Part shown: positions 1 through 8,724 of the stretch, in pieces
Numbering within the stretch: position 1 is the first letter of the stretch
Layout of the letters: each line of letters opens with the position of its first letter
DNA from: Corynebacterium amycolatum
GTDB taxonomy: Bacteria; Actinomycetota; Actinomycetes; Mycobacteriales; Mycobacteriaceae
Direction: 5' to 3' (one strand)
Assembly (NCBI RefSeq): GCF_049243625.1
Contig: NZ_CP046975.1
Length of the DNA: 32,000 nucleotides
Position numbers and translations under genes: made by a program
Notes under the pieces: generated by a model
What the model saw: only the letters and a program-made list of their open reading frames with translations
Database searches by the model: none
What the model was told of the DNA's origin: nothing

Positions 1-237
1 TGGATCTCCACTACTCCAACGACCTCTGAGCCACAGCCTCAGGAACCTGAGCCGACGGCTCCGAGCGAGAGCACAACGGAGACGAGTGAGACGGAGAGCT
101 CGACGACCTCTGATGCATCCACGCCGCCCACTACTTCAACGACTCCGACAACCTCCGGCGAGCCGACGGAATCGGAATCAGAGCAAGAAGAGCAGCCAAG
201 CGAAGATAATCAAGGGCTCACCGGTCTGTTCCGCTAG
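1..237 (+). CDS. 3' end of a gene entering from upstream of the window; Thr/Ser/Pro/Glu-rich low-complexity C-terminal tail, product unknown (possibly secreted or surface protein)
   Basis: Frame +1 is open from nt 1 to TAG 235-237. It is absent from the ORF track because no start lies inside the window. Translation: WISTTPTTSEPQPQEPEPTAPSESTTETSETESSTTSDASTPPTTSTTPTTSGEPTESESEQEEQPSEDNQGLTGLFR*. Hairpins follow at 313-341 and 361-380. Confidence 0.5.
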   Translation, partial: WISTTPTTSEPQPQEPEPTAPSESTTETSETESSTTSDASTPPTTSTTPTTSGEPTESESEQEEQPSEDNQGLTGLFR

Positions 238-312
238 GTTCGTCTCGGGCGGCGAGGTTCGTCGGCTTGGTACTCATTAGGTAAGGTGCGCTAGCTCGCC
301 CTAAAACACCAA

Positions 313-341
313 AATCCGCTGCAACAATACTGCAGCGGATT
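313..341. terminator. Rho-independent terminator between convergent genes (best fit for gcvT on the minus strand)
   Basis: Perfect 11-bp stem AATCCGCTGCA (313-323) / TGCAGCGGATT (331-341) with a 7-nt loop. On the minus strand it is followed by TTTTGGTGTTTT, on the plus strand only by CTTGTG. A second 7-bp hairpin TCAGGCT/AGCCTGA lies at 361-380. Confidence 0.7.
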
Positions 342-425
342 CTTGTGATTGCAGAATCGCTCAGGCTGTGGCAAGCCTGAACGAAACTTCGGCTCGCCAC
401 AACGCGGCCGAACAAGCGGGCTCCC

Positions 426-1598
426 CTACTTGCGGTGACGACGGTTGTAGAACGGCGTCGGCACGACGGTAGCGGTAATGTCGGCGCCTTCGACGGTTAG
501 CTCAGTGCCAGTGGAGGACTGCCAACGCTGAACGTATGCAAAACCGATGGGGTAGCCCAAAGTCGGCGACACCTTGGCGGAAGTCAGCACACCAACCTCG
601 TTACCTTCCGCATCAATGAGCTTGGTGCCACGCTTCGGAGCTTCATCGCCGGAGAAACGCAGACCAACCAGCAGCTCCTTCGACTGCGGACGGTTAATCA
701 GGGCATTTCGCCCAATAAACTGCCCCTTGGTCGGCCCCATGATGGACTTCAGGCCGGCCTCCAGCGGAGTGCGGTCTCGAGTCAGCTCGTAGCCATAGAG
801 CGGCATACCGGCCTCAAGACGTAGGGTGTCGCGGCAGGCCAGACCACACGGCAGCAGGCCGAGGTCAGCGCCGTTGTCAGCCGGATCCTCCGGATTTTCC
901 ACCTTGCCACCTGCTGCAATGATTGCACGCCAGACTTCGACGGCGCGGTCAGCCGGCGGGAAGATCTCGAAGCCGTCCTCACCGGTGTAGCCGGTTCGGG
1001 CGACAATCATTTCCACACCTGCGACCTCGAGCAGGGTGCAAGAGTAGTAATTCATGCCATCGAGGGTCGCGTGCAGATCCTGCGGCAGCAGACGGCGCAG
1101 AAGCTTCGCAGCCTTCGGCCCCTGAATGGCCAGGAGCACATTCTTGTCATTCATGCGCTCAACCTGGACGTTGTAGCCACCAACGCGCTCGCGCAGCGTC
1201 GAGTACACATCTTCAGCGGCTGCGGCATTCTGCACCAGCATGAATTCGTGACTACCGAGACGGTAAATGATGAGGTCATCAATAATGCCGCCGTCTTCCT
1301 GCACAATCATGGTGTACTTGGCACGACCCAACGCCAGCGGCTTGATTGCCGAAATCAGGGAGTGTGCAAGGAACGCCGCCGCATCCTCACCAGTGACGCG
1401 GATGATACCCATTAGCGACAGGTCGAAAACACCAACGGCCTCACGCACTGCGTTGTGCTCTGCAATTTCCGAAGAGTAGCGGAACGGCACTTCGTAGCCA
1501 CCAACATTGCGCATTTCTGCGCCAAGGCTTACGTGCTCATCATGCAGGGCGCTACGGAAAGAATTGTTGTTCTCAGAAGCGCCAGAATTGTCAGTCAT
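426..1598 (-). CDS. gcvT: Glycine cleavage system aminomethyltransferase (T protein)
   Basis: ORF 426-1769, with the start moved to ATG 1596-1598 (MTDNSGASENNNSFRSALHDEHVSLGAEM...). GGAG lies 5 nt upstream. The N-terminus and the TGYTGEDGFEIF motif are typical of GcvT. The 57 residues upstream in the ORF (MWWARGRRQACANQC...) look non-coding. Confidence 0.9.
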   Translation of the reverse strand: MTDNSGASENNNSFRSALHDEHVSLGAEMRNVGGYEVPFRYSSEIAEHNAVREAVGVFDLSLMGIIRVTGEDAAAFLAHSLISAIKPLALGRAKYTMIVQEDGGIIDDLIIYRLGSHEFMLVQNAAAAEDVYSTLRERVGGYNVQVERMNDKNVLLAIQGPKAAKLLRRLLPQDLHATLDGMNYYSCTLLEVAGVEMIVARTGYTGEDGFEIFPPADRAVEVWRAIIAAGGKVENPEDPADNGADLGLLPCGLACRDTLRLEAGMPLYGYELTRDRTPLEAGLKSIMGPTKGQFIGRNALINRPQSKELLVGLRFSGDEAPKRGTKLIDAEGNEVGVLTSAKVSPTLGYPIGFAYVQRWQSSTGTELTVEGADITATVVPTPFYNRRHRK

Positions 1599-1767
1599 AC
1601 ACACTCCAATTATTGCGGTGGGGCAAACCAGATTGTTACCTTCCCACCTTATATCTAAGACTCCGAGCTCGCTTCCGCGAGCCCCTGCAGAGCTAGGGCA
1701 ACAGCCCCGTCCATTAACTATCATGCACTGATTCGCACATGCTTGACGACGACCCCGCGCCCACCAC

Positions 1768-1803
1768 AAAGGCCCCGCTACCAGTGACGATAACGGGGCC
1801 TTT
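1768..1803 (-). terminator. Rho-independent terminator downstream of mctC
   Basis: Stem GGCCCCG (1771-1777) / CGGGGCC (1794-1800), extendable by 3-4 pairs including one G-U. It is flanked by AAA/TTT, and on the minus strand is followed by TTTGTGGTG. Confidence 0.65.
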
Positions 1804-1877
1804 GCATTTGTCTATTCAGTTAATTGAGATTGGCTGAGCTGTTCGGGCAGCGCTGCCAGCCAAGGACTCAGTGGTTA

Positions 1878-3530
1878 TTAGTGATCAACCGCAGCCTCGG
1901 TACCGACACCGGTCAGGGAGCGAACTTCCATCTCAGCTGCCAGGTCATCGAAGTTATCCGGCTTGCCCATGTAGGTGGCGATGATGCCAGCCAAGAACGC
2001 CAGCGGGATTGCGAGCAGACCCGGCGAGGTCAGCGGGAACCAGGAGAAGTCAACGGACGGAATCATCGAGGACTCGCTGCCAGAAACTGCCGGGGAGAAG
2101 ATAATCAGAACCAGCGAGGCGATGACACCGGTGTACATGGAGGCAACTGCGCCTGCGGTGTTGAAGCGCTTCCAGAACAGGGACATCAGGATGGTTGGAA
2201 CGTTTGCGGATGCGGCCACTGCGAAGGCCAGTGACACCAGGAAGGCGACGTTCTGCCCCATGGCCAGGATGCCGAGGATAATGGAGACAACACCCAGCAC
2301 GATAACGGTGATGCGGGAGACGCGAACCTGCTCGGCTTCCGTTGCCTGTCCCTTGCGGATCACGGCCTGGTAGAGGTCCTGGCCGACAGAAGCGGAAGCG
2401 GTAATTGCCAGACCAGCGACCACTGCCAGCACGGTAGCGAACGCCACTGCGGAGACCACTGCCATGAAGATGGAGCCACCGATTTCGAAGGCCAGCAGCG
2501 GAGCGGCAGCGTTGGCTCCGCCCGGCGCGGCCGTGATGCGGTCCGGGCCGACGAGCGCAGCAGCACCGTAGCCGAGCACCAGGGTCAACAGGTAGAAGCC
2601 ACCGATGAGGATGATTGCCCAAGTCACGGACTTACGAGCTTCCTTTGCGGTCGGCACCGTGTAGAAGCGCATGAGCACGTGAGGCAGACCAGCAACACCG
2701 AGAACCAGTGCCAGGCCTAGCGAGATGAAGTCCAGCTGCTGGACGAAGGAGCCGCCGTACTTCAGACCCGGCTCAAGAATGGCGGAGGCTTCGTAGCCCT
2801 TCTCGGCGATGTAGTCCGAGCTCGCGTGCATGTCCACTGCGTCCTGCAGTAGCTGAGAGAAGTTGCCCTTAACACCCACCAGAATGATCAGGGTCATGAT
2901 GATGACAGCACCGACCAGCAGGACGGCCTTAATCATCTGCACGTAAGTGGTGCCCTTCATGCCACCGATGAGAACGTAGGCAACCATGATGATGCCAACG
3001 ACTGCGACAACGATGGACTGCTGAGTGGAGTCATGAATGTTGAGCAGCACGGCGACCAGGGAACCTGCACCGGCCATCTGCGCGATGAGGTAGAACAGGG
3101 TCACTGCGAGAGTGGAGATAGCAGCTGCGGTACGGACCGGACGCTGCTTAAGACGGAATGACAGCACGTCGGCCATGGTGAACTTACCGACGTTTCGCAG
3201 CGGCTCTGCAACCAGCAGCAGCGCGACGAGCCAAGCGACGAAGAAGCCGATGGAGTACAGGAATCCATCGTAACCAGTCAGCGCAATGGCGCCGACGATA
3301 CCGAGGAAGGAAGCCGCCGAGAGGTAGTCACCTGCAATGGCGAGACCGTTTTGGGTACCGGAGAACTGTGCACCACCGGTGTAGAAGTCCGATGCTCCCT
3401 TGTTTCCGCCCTTGCCCACGCGAGTAACGATGAACATGGTCGCAACAATGAAGGCGACGAAGACCGCGATGTTGAGAATCGGGTTACCTGCTGCTGCAGT
3501 GTCATCTGCAGCAAAGAAACTGGTCAGCAT
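1878..3530 (-). CDS. mctC: Cation/monocarboxylate (acetate, pyruvate, propionate) symporter, solute:sodium symporter family (ActP/MctC type)
   Basis: 550-aa polytopic membrane protein. The segment ...DFYTGGAQFSGTQNGLAIAGDYLSAASFLGIVGAIALTGYDGFLYSIGF... is characteristic of ActP/MctC. Its ATG lies 2 nt after the stop of the upstream DUF485 gene, the conserved pairing. Confidence 0.9.
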   Translation of the reverse strand: MLTSFFAADDTAAAGNPILNIAVFVAFIVATMFIVTRVGKGGNKGASDFYTGGAQFSGTQNGLAIAGDYLSAASFLGIVGAIALTGYDGFLYSIGFFVAWLVALLLVAEPLRNVGKFTMADVLSFRLKQRPVRTAAAISTLAVTLFYLIAQMAGAGSLVAVLLNIHDSTQQSIVVAVVGIIMVAYVLIGGMKGTTYVQMIKAVLLVGAVIIMTLIILVGVKGNFSQLLQDAVDMHASSDYIAEKGYEASAILEPGLKYGGSFVQQLDFISLGLALVLGVAGLPHVLMRFYTVPTAKEARKSVTWAIILIGGFYLLTLVLGYGAAALVGPDRITAAPGGANAAAPLLAFEIGGSIFMAVVSAVAFATVLAVVAGLAITASASVGQDLYQAVIRKGQATEAEQVRVSRITVIVLGVVSIILGILAMGQNVAFLVSLAFAVAASANVPTILMSLFWKRFNTAGAVASMYTGVIASLVLIIFSPAVSGSESSMIPSVDFSWFPLTSPGLLAIPLAFLAGIIATYMGKPDNFDDLAAEMEVRSLTGVGTEAAVDH

Positions 3531-3532
3531 GT

Positions 3533-3910
3533 CTATGCCTCCTTCTTTGCGACGATTTCAGCGATTTCTCCGCTTTCCAGTGCCTCGCGCAGCTCTGCCT
3601 GCATCGGCTCAAGCTTCTTGTTGGCGAAGTTGATGTACACCCAAGTGATGGCGAAGGTGGTCACGAACTGGAGCAGACCAAGGACAATGCCCAGGTTGAT
3701 GTTGCCCAGTACGGGAGTTGCCATGAGGTCCGGCGCAAACGTCGCAAACAGAACGAATGCGATGTACCACACCAGACCTGCAACGGTCATCGGGATAGCG
3801 AATGAACGGAATGTAGAGCGGAGCTCTTGGAACTGCGCTGAGTCTTGCACGTAGCGGTACTCAGCCGCCTGTGGCTTATGCCGGCCTGTCGGCATAGGAG
3901 TTGCGGACAC
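3533..3910 (-). CDS. mctB: DUF485 small membrane protein, partner of the ActP/MctC symporter
   Basis: 125 aa with two predicted TM helices. The YRYVQDSAQFQELRSTFRSFAIPMT... region is typical of YjcH/DUF485. GTG start at 3910 with GAAAGGA 7 nt upstream; an alternative ATG is at 3895. Confidence 0.85.
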   Translation of the reverse strand: MSATPMPTGRHKPQAAEYRYVQDSAQFQELRSTFRSFAIPMTVAGLVWYIAFVLFATFAPDLMATPVLGNINLGIVLGLLQFVTTFAITWVYINFANKKLEPMQAELREALESGEIAEIVAKKEA

Positions 3911-4139
3911 GGGCTAATCCTTTCCAGGAAGTTATGCAGGTGTTCGTAATGGGGTTCAGCACAGCCACCCTACTGGTGTGCCATGCACCACACTTTTCAT
4001 TAGGTGTTGAAACAAAGTTACCTGGAACACAGTTAGCAAAGAAGTTAAATGCGACTAACCACTTCTCAGCGAGCCTTAAGGCACCCCCAAAAACGCCATT
4101 ACCTGCATACTTGAGGAGACCTTTTACTACCCCCCCCAT

Positions 4140-6593
4140 TTACGCTGTTATGCTCGTATTCTCCACTTCTTCCGGCAATGGCTTACTCTGACGCCACCAC
4201 CACAGCGCCTCGATAATGACCGCACCGATGGCGCCCACAATCAGCGCAGGAATCAACAGCTCCCGCCCCACCCAGTACAGATTAAGCACTGAAGCCACTG
4301 ATCGAACCGAGAAAATAAACAGGTACGCTCCTGCCGACACCGCCAGCAACAGAACCTTCCACCAGGTGTATGGCCTAGCCACGACCACCAAGACCCAAAA
4401 TGCCGAAACAATCAGCACAATGAGGGTCGCGGTGGACGCCTCCCCTCGTGCCGCATCGCCGGCGTCGACTCCCGGGTTTGCCCACAACCAAAATATGAAG
4501 GTCAACAACCCCACCGTGATGCCCGCCGGTATCGCTAAGCGCAACACGCGCCGCACGAAACCATCGCGCGCACGCTCCAAGTTAGGAGCCAACGACAGCA
4601 CGAAGGCCGGGATTCCAATCGTGAACCAGCCCGTAATGGTCACATGAATCGGCTCGAATGGATAATCCATCCCCCACAGCCCCACAGCCAGCGCCAATAC
4701 CACCGAGTAGATGGTCTTCGTCAAAAAGAGGTTGGCCACACGCTCGATATTGCCAATGACGCGACGCCCCTCCGCCACAATCATCGGCATCACGGCGAAG
4801 CGATTATCCAACAGCACCAACTGCGCAACCGAACGTGTCGCCGGCGCCCCATCGCCCATAGCCACGCCCAGATTCGCCGCTTTCAGCGCCAGCACATCAT
4901 TGACACCGTCACCGGTCATCGCCACATGATGTCCGCGCGACTGCAGCGCATGGACCATATCGCGCTTATTCTCCGCCGTGACACGGCCAAAGATCTGCCG
5001 CGACTCCACAATGTCTGCAAATTCATCGCGAATCTCGGCGCTCTTAGCTTCGCTACCATCATCGCGGCTCGCCGGAAGCTCAGAAGCATCGACAGGGTTG
5101 TTAGCCCCCTGCATTTCCAGCTCACGTGCAACAGCCCCCACGGAGCGGTCATTGTCACCAGAAATGACCTTGACCTCGACACCTTCTTCATAGAAGTAGG
5201 CCACCGTGTCCGCCGCATCTGAACGCACCTTCTGCCCTAGCACGACAAGTGCGACCGGCTCCAACTCCACCTCGCCACTCTTCCGCAGCGCACCGCCGGG
5301 CAGGCCATCTGCCCCAACTGAGGTCCGCGCAAGCAGGAGCACACGAAGTCCTTCCTCCATAAGCTGCCGAGCTTTCTGCATGCCGACCGCGGAGTCGTCG
5401 ACAAGCACATCGGGCGCGCCGAAAACCCACGTCGCACCGCCGTGATACGTCAGCGCCGACCACTTATTCGCTGAAGTGAAGGGGCGGGTTTCGGTCTGCT
5501 CATGCTTTACGACGTCCCCTGCGTCCGCAAGCCCATCGAGTAGTGCGCGAGCCGTTGCGTTGGGGCGATCGTCGAGCTTGCAAAGATTGATGAGCACAGC
5601 GTCGAGCTCATCGCGGGAAGTACCGTCACCCGATACGATATCGACTTCTACCAGCTGCATCGCGTTTTCGGTGAGTGTGCCAGTTTTGTCGACGCACACG
5701 GTGTCAACGCGCGCGAGACCTTCGATGGCGGGCAACTCATTGACCAGCACTCGATGCCGCCCCAAGCGCACCACGCCGAGGGCAAATGCGATGGTGGTCA
5801 TGAGAACAAGCCCCTCAGGAACCATGGGCACCAGCGTGGCGACCATCCCCAGTAGCGCATCATTGAGATCATCGCCGGCAACAAAGAGCTGCGTATAGAT
5901 TGCCAGAGCGCCGACGGGAATGAGAATCCAAGAAATGTAGGTCAGGATCTTGTTGATGCCGCGGAAGAGCTGGGAATCAGTCAGCGTGAACTTGTTGGCC
6001 TCAGCTGCGAGCTTGGCGGCGTAAGCCTCCTTGCCCACTTTGGTGGCCTGATATCGCGCCGACCCCACCACGACCGAGGAACCCGAGTAGACCATGTCCC
6101 CAACGCTCTTATCGACGGCATCGGATTCACCGGTGAGAGAGGATTCATCGACGGCCACGTCAGAGGCGTAGCGGAGAATACCGTCAACGACGATTTGGTC
6201 GCCGGGACCGACCTCGATGAGATCGTCGAGAACGACGGACTCGCGGTCGATCTCGCGAGCCGGCTCTCCGTCGCGAATGACCATGGGCTTTGCGCGGCCG
6301 ACAATGGAGAGCTTGTCCAGTGTGCGCTTGGCACGCAGTTCTTGGATGATGCCGACGATAGAGTTGGCGATAATCAGCAGACCAAAGGCACCGTTGACGA
6401 TTGAGCCGGTATAGAGCACGACTGCGAATAACACAGCGAGAATACCGTTAATCCGGGTAAACACATTGGCACGGATGATGTCCCACACACTGCGCCCGGA
6501 TGTTGGCGGCAGCTCGTTGACGTGCCCCAACTCGATGCGTTGCTGGACCTGCTGTTGAGTAAGACCGCTGTCGGGAGTTTTCCACGAGCCCAT
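4140..6593 (-). CDS. ctpE: Cation-transporting P-type ATPase (P2-like, CtpE-type; possibly Ca2+/metal cation)
   Basis: 817 aa with the P-type signatures TGES, PEGL in a TM helix, CVDKTGTLT (phosphorylation site) and MTGDGVNDVLALK (hinge). Its position next to the crotonase and accDA-like genes mirrors ctpE/echA6/accD3 in mycobacteria (from memory). Confidence 0.85.
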   Translation of the reverse strand: MGSWKTPDSGLTQQQVQQRIELGHVNELPPTSGRSVWDIIRANVFTRINGILAVLFAVVLYTGSIVNGAFGLLIIANSIVGIIQELRAKRTLDKLSIVGRAKPMVIRDGEPAREIDRESVVLDDLIEVGPGDQIVVDGILRYASDVAVDESSLTGESDAVDKSVGDMVYSGSSVVVGSARYQATKVGKEAYAAKLAAEANKFTLTDSQLFRGINKILTYISWILIPVGALAIYTQLFVAGDDLNDALLGMVATLVPMVPEGLVLMTTIAFALGVVRLGRHRVLVNELPAIEGLARVDTVCVDKTGTLTENAMQLVEVDIVSGDGTSRDELDAVLINLCKLDDRPNATARALLDGLADAGDVVKHEQTETRPFTSANKWSALTYHGGATWVFGAPDVLVDDSAVGMQKARQLMEEGLRVLLLARTSVGADGLPGGALRKSGEVELEPVALVVLGQKVRSDAADTVAYFYEEGVEVKVISGDNDRSVGAVARELEMQGANNPVDASELPASRDDGSEAKSAEIRDEFADIVESRQIFGRVTAENKRDMVHALQSRGHHVAMTGDGVNDVLALKAANLGVAMGDGAPATRSVAQLVLLDNRFAVMPMIVAEGRRVIGNIERVANLFLTKTIYSVVLALAVGLWGMDYPFEPIHVTITGWFTIGIPAFVLSLAPNLERARDGFVRRVLRLAIPAGITVGLLTFIFWLWANPGVDAGDAARGEASTATLIVLIVSAFWVLVVVARPYTWWKVLLLAVSAGAYLFIFSVRSVASVLNLYWVGRELLIPALIVGAIGAVIIEALWWWRQSKPLPEEVENTSITA

Positions 6594-6634
6594 GACTGCC
6601 TACCCTATTCGCCTAATTGCTGAACCTATTCGAA

Positions 6635-7387
6635 CTATTTGCCAATGAAATTTGGTTCGCGCCTTTCAGCTCGCGCCTTCGATGCCTCCGCAGCATCCTC
6701 GGAAGCCCAGACTGTGTCGTAGAGTTCCTGCTGGTAGTCCTTCAACGGGCTGTGCGTCTCATCGTCGTTGAGCACCGCCTTGTGGTAGGCCAGCGACAGT
6801 GGCGCATAGGTGGCGATACGGAGCGCTACCTCCTCAGCCTTGTCCGGACCACCGAGGTAGGAAGCCAGACCACAACCGCGGGCGGCTTCCTGATCCATGC
6901 GCTCGGCCGCCAACAAAATAGTGCGGGCACGGGCACCGCCGACGAGTACACGTACGCGGCGAATAGTCCAGGCATCGACAGCGATACCGAGCTTGACCGG
7001 CGGAATCATAAACCAACCGCGATCGCCAACGACGCGTAAATCAGCTGCCATCGCCAGCTGCATGCCAGCGCCGACGGCCGGTCCCTGCACATCCGCAATA
7101 ACCACCAGACGGCTGGCCTCGATTGTGCGCAGCATTCGACGCAGCTGCTCATGGAAGGAATCGTCGTGATGCTGGCCGCTCAGGTCAGCACCCGCACAGA
7201 ACGCACGACCTTCGCCGCGCAGCAGGATAACGCGCTGCTCGGGAACCTCAGCGGCAGCTTCCACCGCGTCGGCAATCTCACGACACACGTCGGCAGTCAG
7301 GGAGTTGCGCTTATGATCTCGATCAATGGTGATAGTGACAATCGCGCCGTCGGCTTCGACGCGGATTTCAGATGCTGGGTTCGTCAT
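6635..7387 (-). CDS. Enoyl-CoA hydratase/isomerase (crotonase) family protein, EchA6-like
   Basis: 250 aa. Crotonase-fold motifs VTITIDRDHKRNSL and LRGEGRAFCAGADLSG. Confidence 0.85.
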   Translation of the reverse strand: MTNPASEIRVEADGAIVTITIDRDHKRNSLTADVCREIADAVEAAAEVPEQRVILLRGEGRAFCAGADLSGQHHDDSFHEQLRRMLRTIEASRLVVIADVQGPAVGAGMQLAMAADLRVVGDRGWFMIPPVKLGIAVDAWTIRRVRVLVGGARARTILLAAERMDQEAARGCGLASYLGGPDKAEEVALRIATYAPLSLAYHKAVLNDDETHSPLKDYQQELYDTVWASEDAAEASKARAERREPNFIGK

Positions 7388-7448
7388 AGCATTTAGGCTA
7401 CCCGCGAAACACCAATAGTGATGGGGCTATAAGCAACTCTAAATTCGC

Positions 7449-8315
7449 TTATTCATTGCCGAATACCCGCGGGTCGCCGCTCAGGCGCCCGTCGGCACGC
7501 GCCATCGACGCAATCGTCTCCATGTCCTCGTCGGTCAGCTCAAAGTCGGAGACCTGAAAGTTCTCCTTGATGCGCGACGGCGTACCCGACTTCGGGATGG
7601 CCACGATGCCACGCTGGAGGTGCCAGCGGATAGCAACTTGGGCGGGAGTTTTACCCAGGCGGTCTGCGATTTCAGCAATCGGCGAACCTTCAAAGTACTT
7701 CGCGCGCCCCAGTGGCGACCACGCCTGCGTAACGATGCCACGACGGCGATCGTCTGCGATCTGCTCATCCTGCGGGAACTGCGGATGCAGCTCAATTTGG
7801 TTGACCACCGGAACCTCGGAGAGCTGGTCGAGGACCTCTGGGTAGAAGTTCGCCACACCAACCGAGCAAATCAGCCCGTCGCGCTTGAGCTCTAGCAGCG
7901 TGTCGAAGCACTGCCCAAACGTCCCCTGTTTCGCCACCGGCCAGTGCACAAGCATCAGGTCAACATAGTCAAGGCCGAGCCGCTCCAAAGATGCCTGCAC
8001 GGATTCGCGCGTCGCCGCCGTCTCCTGCGCATCGTTCCAGACCTTCGTGGTCACGAAGATATCTTCACGCTTTACGACGTTCACAGCGACCGCATCAGCA
8101 ATACCCTGCCCCACCCCACGCTCATTGCCATAGAGCGATGCGGTGTCGATGTGACGGTATCCGAGCTCCAGGGCATAGCGCACGGATTTGCGCGCTTGCT
8201 CATCGTCGAGCTTGTAAGTACCAAACCCCAGGATCGGGATGGCGTTGCCATCAACCATTTCCACATTGGCAATTCCGGTTGTCGCTGCATCGTACTTCAG
8301 ATCGAGTGTGGTCAT
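7449..8315 (-). CDS. Aldo/keto reductase (2,5-diketo-D-gluconate reductase-like)
   Basis: 288 aa. AKR signatures GYRHIDTASLYGNERGVG, LMLVHWP and AIPKSGTPSRIKENF. Confidence 0.9.
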   Translation of the reverse strand: MTTLDLKYDAATTGIANVEMVDGNAIPILGFGTYKLDDEQARKSVRYALELGYRHIDTASLYGNERGVGQGIADAVAVNVVKREDIFVTTKVWNDAQETAATRESVQASLERLGLDYVDLMLVHWPVAKQGTFGQCFDTLLELKRDGLICSVGVANFYPEVLDQLSEVPVVNQIELHPQFPQDEQIADDRRRGIVTQAWSPLGRAKYFEGSPIAEIADRLGKTPAQVAIRWHLQRGIVAIPKSGTPSRIKENFQVSDFELTDEDMETIASMARADGRLSGDPRVFGNE

Positions 8316-8442
8316 GCCAACCGAGTGTACGGAAGTGTACGGGCTGAAAATTTTTTAGATTTTTTCTGCCCCGCTGACCTGCGATTTAAAAAAGTGATTG
8401 CCATTCATTTTGTTGCAAACAGTTGACGGAGCGTTGTGTTTA

Positions 8443-8448
8443 TACAAT
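8443..8448 (+). promoter_or_regulatory. Candidate -10 box (TACAAT) for the XRE regulator cluster, implying a very short or absent leader
   Basis: TACAAT matches the corynebacterial TAnaaT -10 consensus and ends 10 nt before GTG 8459. No convincing -35 and no SD upstream of either candidate start. Confidence 0.35.
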
Positions 8449-8458
8449 ACTTTGGAAT

Positions 8459-8722
8459 GTGTCCCCAAAGATTAGACCCAAAGAACCGATATTCAACAGA
8501 ATCTCAGTGCTGCGGGCAGAACACGGACTCAGCCGAGCCGAACTAGCCAAACAAGTAGAGGTCAATCCTCAAACGATTGGCGCGTTGGAGCGAGGTGACC
8601 ACTACCCCAGCTTGGATCTGGCATTCCGCATTTGCGCAGTGTTCGATCTCCCCGTGGAAGCAGTGTTTTCTCGCGAGGAATTCAAGCCCATGTCCTCTGC
8701 CCTCTACCGAAAGGAAAGCTGA
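8459..8722 (+). CDS. Small XRE-family helix-turn-helix transcriptional regulator
   Basis: HTH core LRAEHGLSRAELAKQVEVNPQTIGALERGDHYPSLDLAFRICAVFDLPVEAVF. The ORF track starts at TTG 8423. I prefer in-frame GTG 8459 because family members usually start a few residues before this core. The start remains ambiguous. Confidence 0.8.
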   Translation: MSPKIRPKEPIFNRISVLRAEHGLSRAELAKQVEVNPQTIGALERGDHYPSLDLAFRICAVFDLPVEAVFSREEFKPMSSALYRKES

Positions 8723-8724
8723 CG

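Noticed and set aside
1599-1769. 57-codon 5' extension of the gcvT ORF (MWWARGRRQACANQCMIVNGRGCC...)
   Set aside because: The composition is non-protein-like and GcvT homology begins at MTDNSG. A GGAG SD precedes ATG 1598. The extension would also run into the terminator of the upstream gene.
3876-4139. 87-aa minus-strand ORF starting right after the ctpE stop and overlapping the mctB start
   Set aside because: A/T-ending codons are unlike the neighbouring genes, and the ORF starts within the G8 tract. It overlaps the well-supported DUF485 gene start and its SD.
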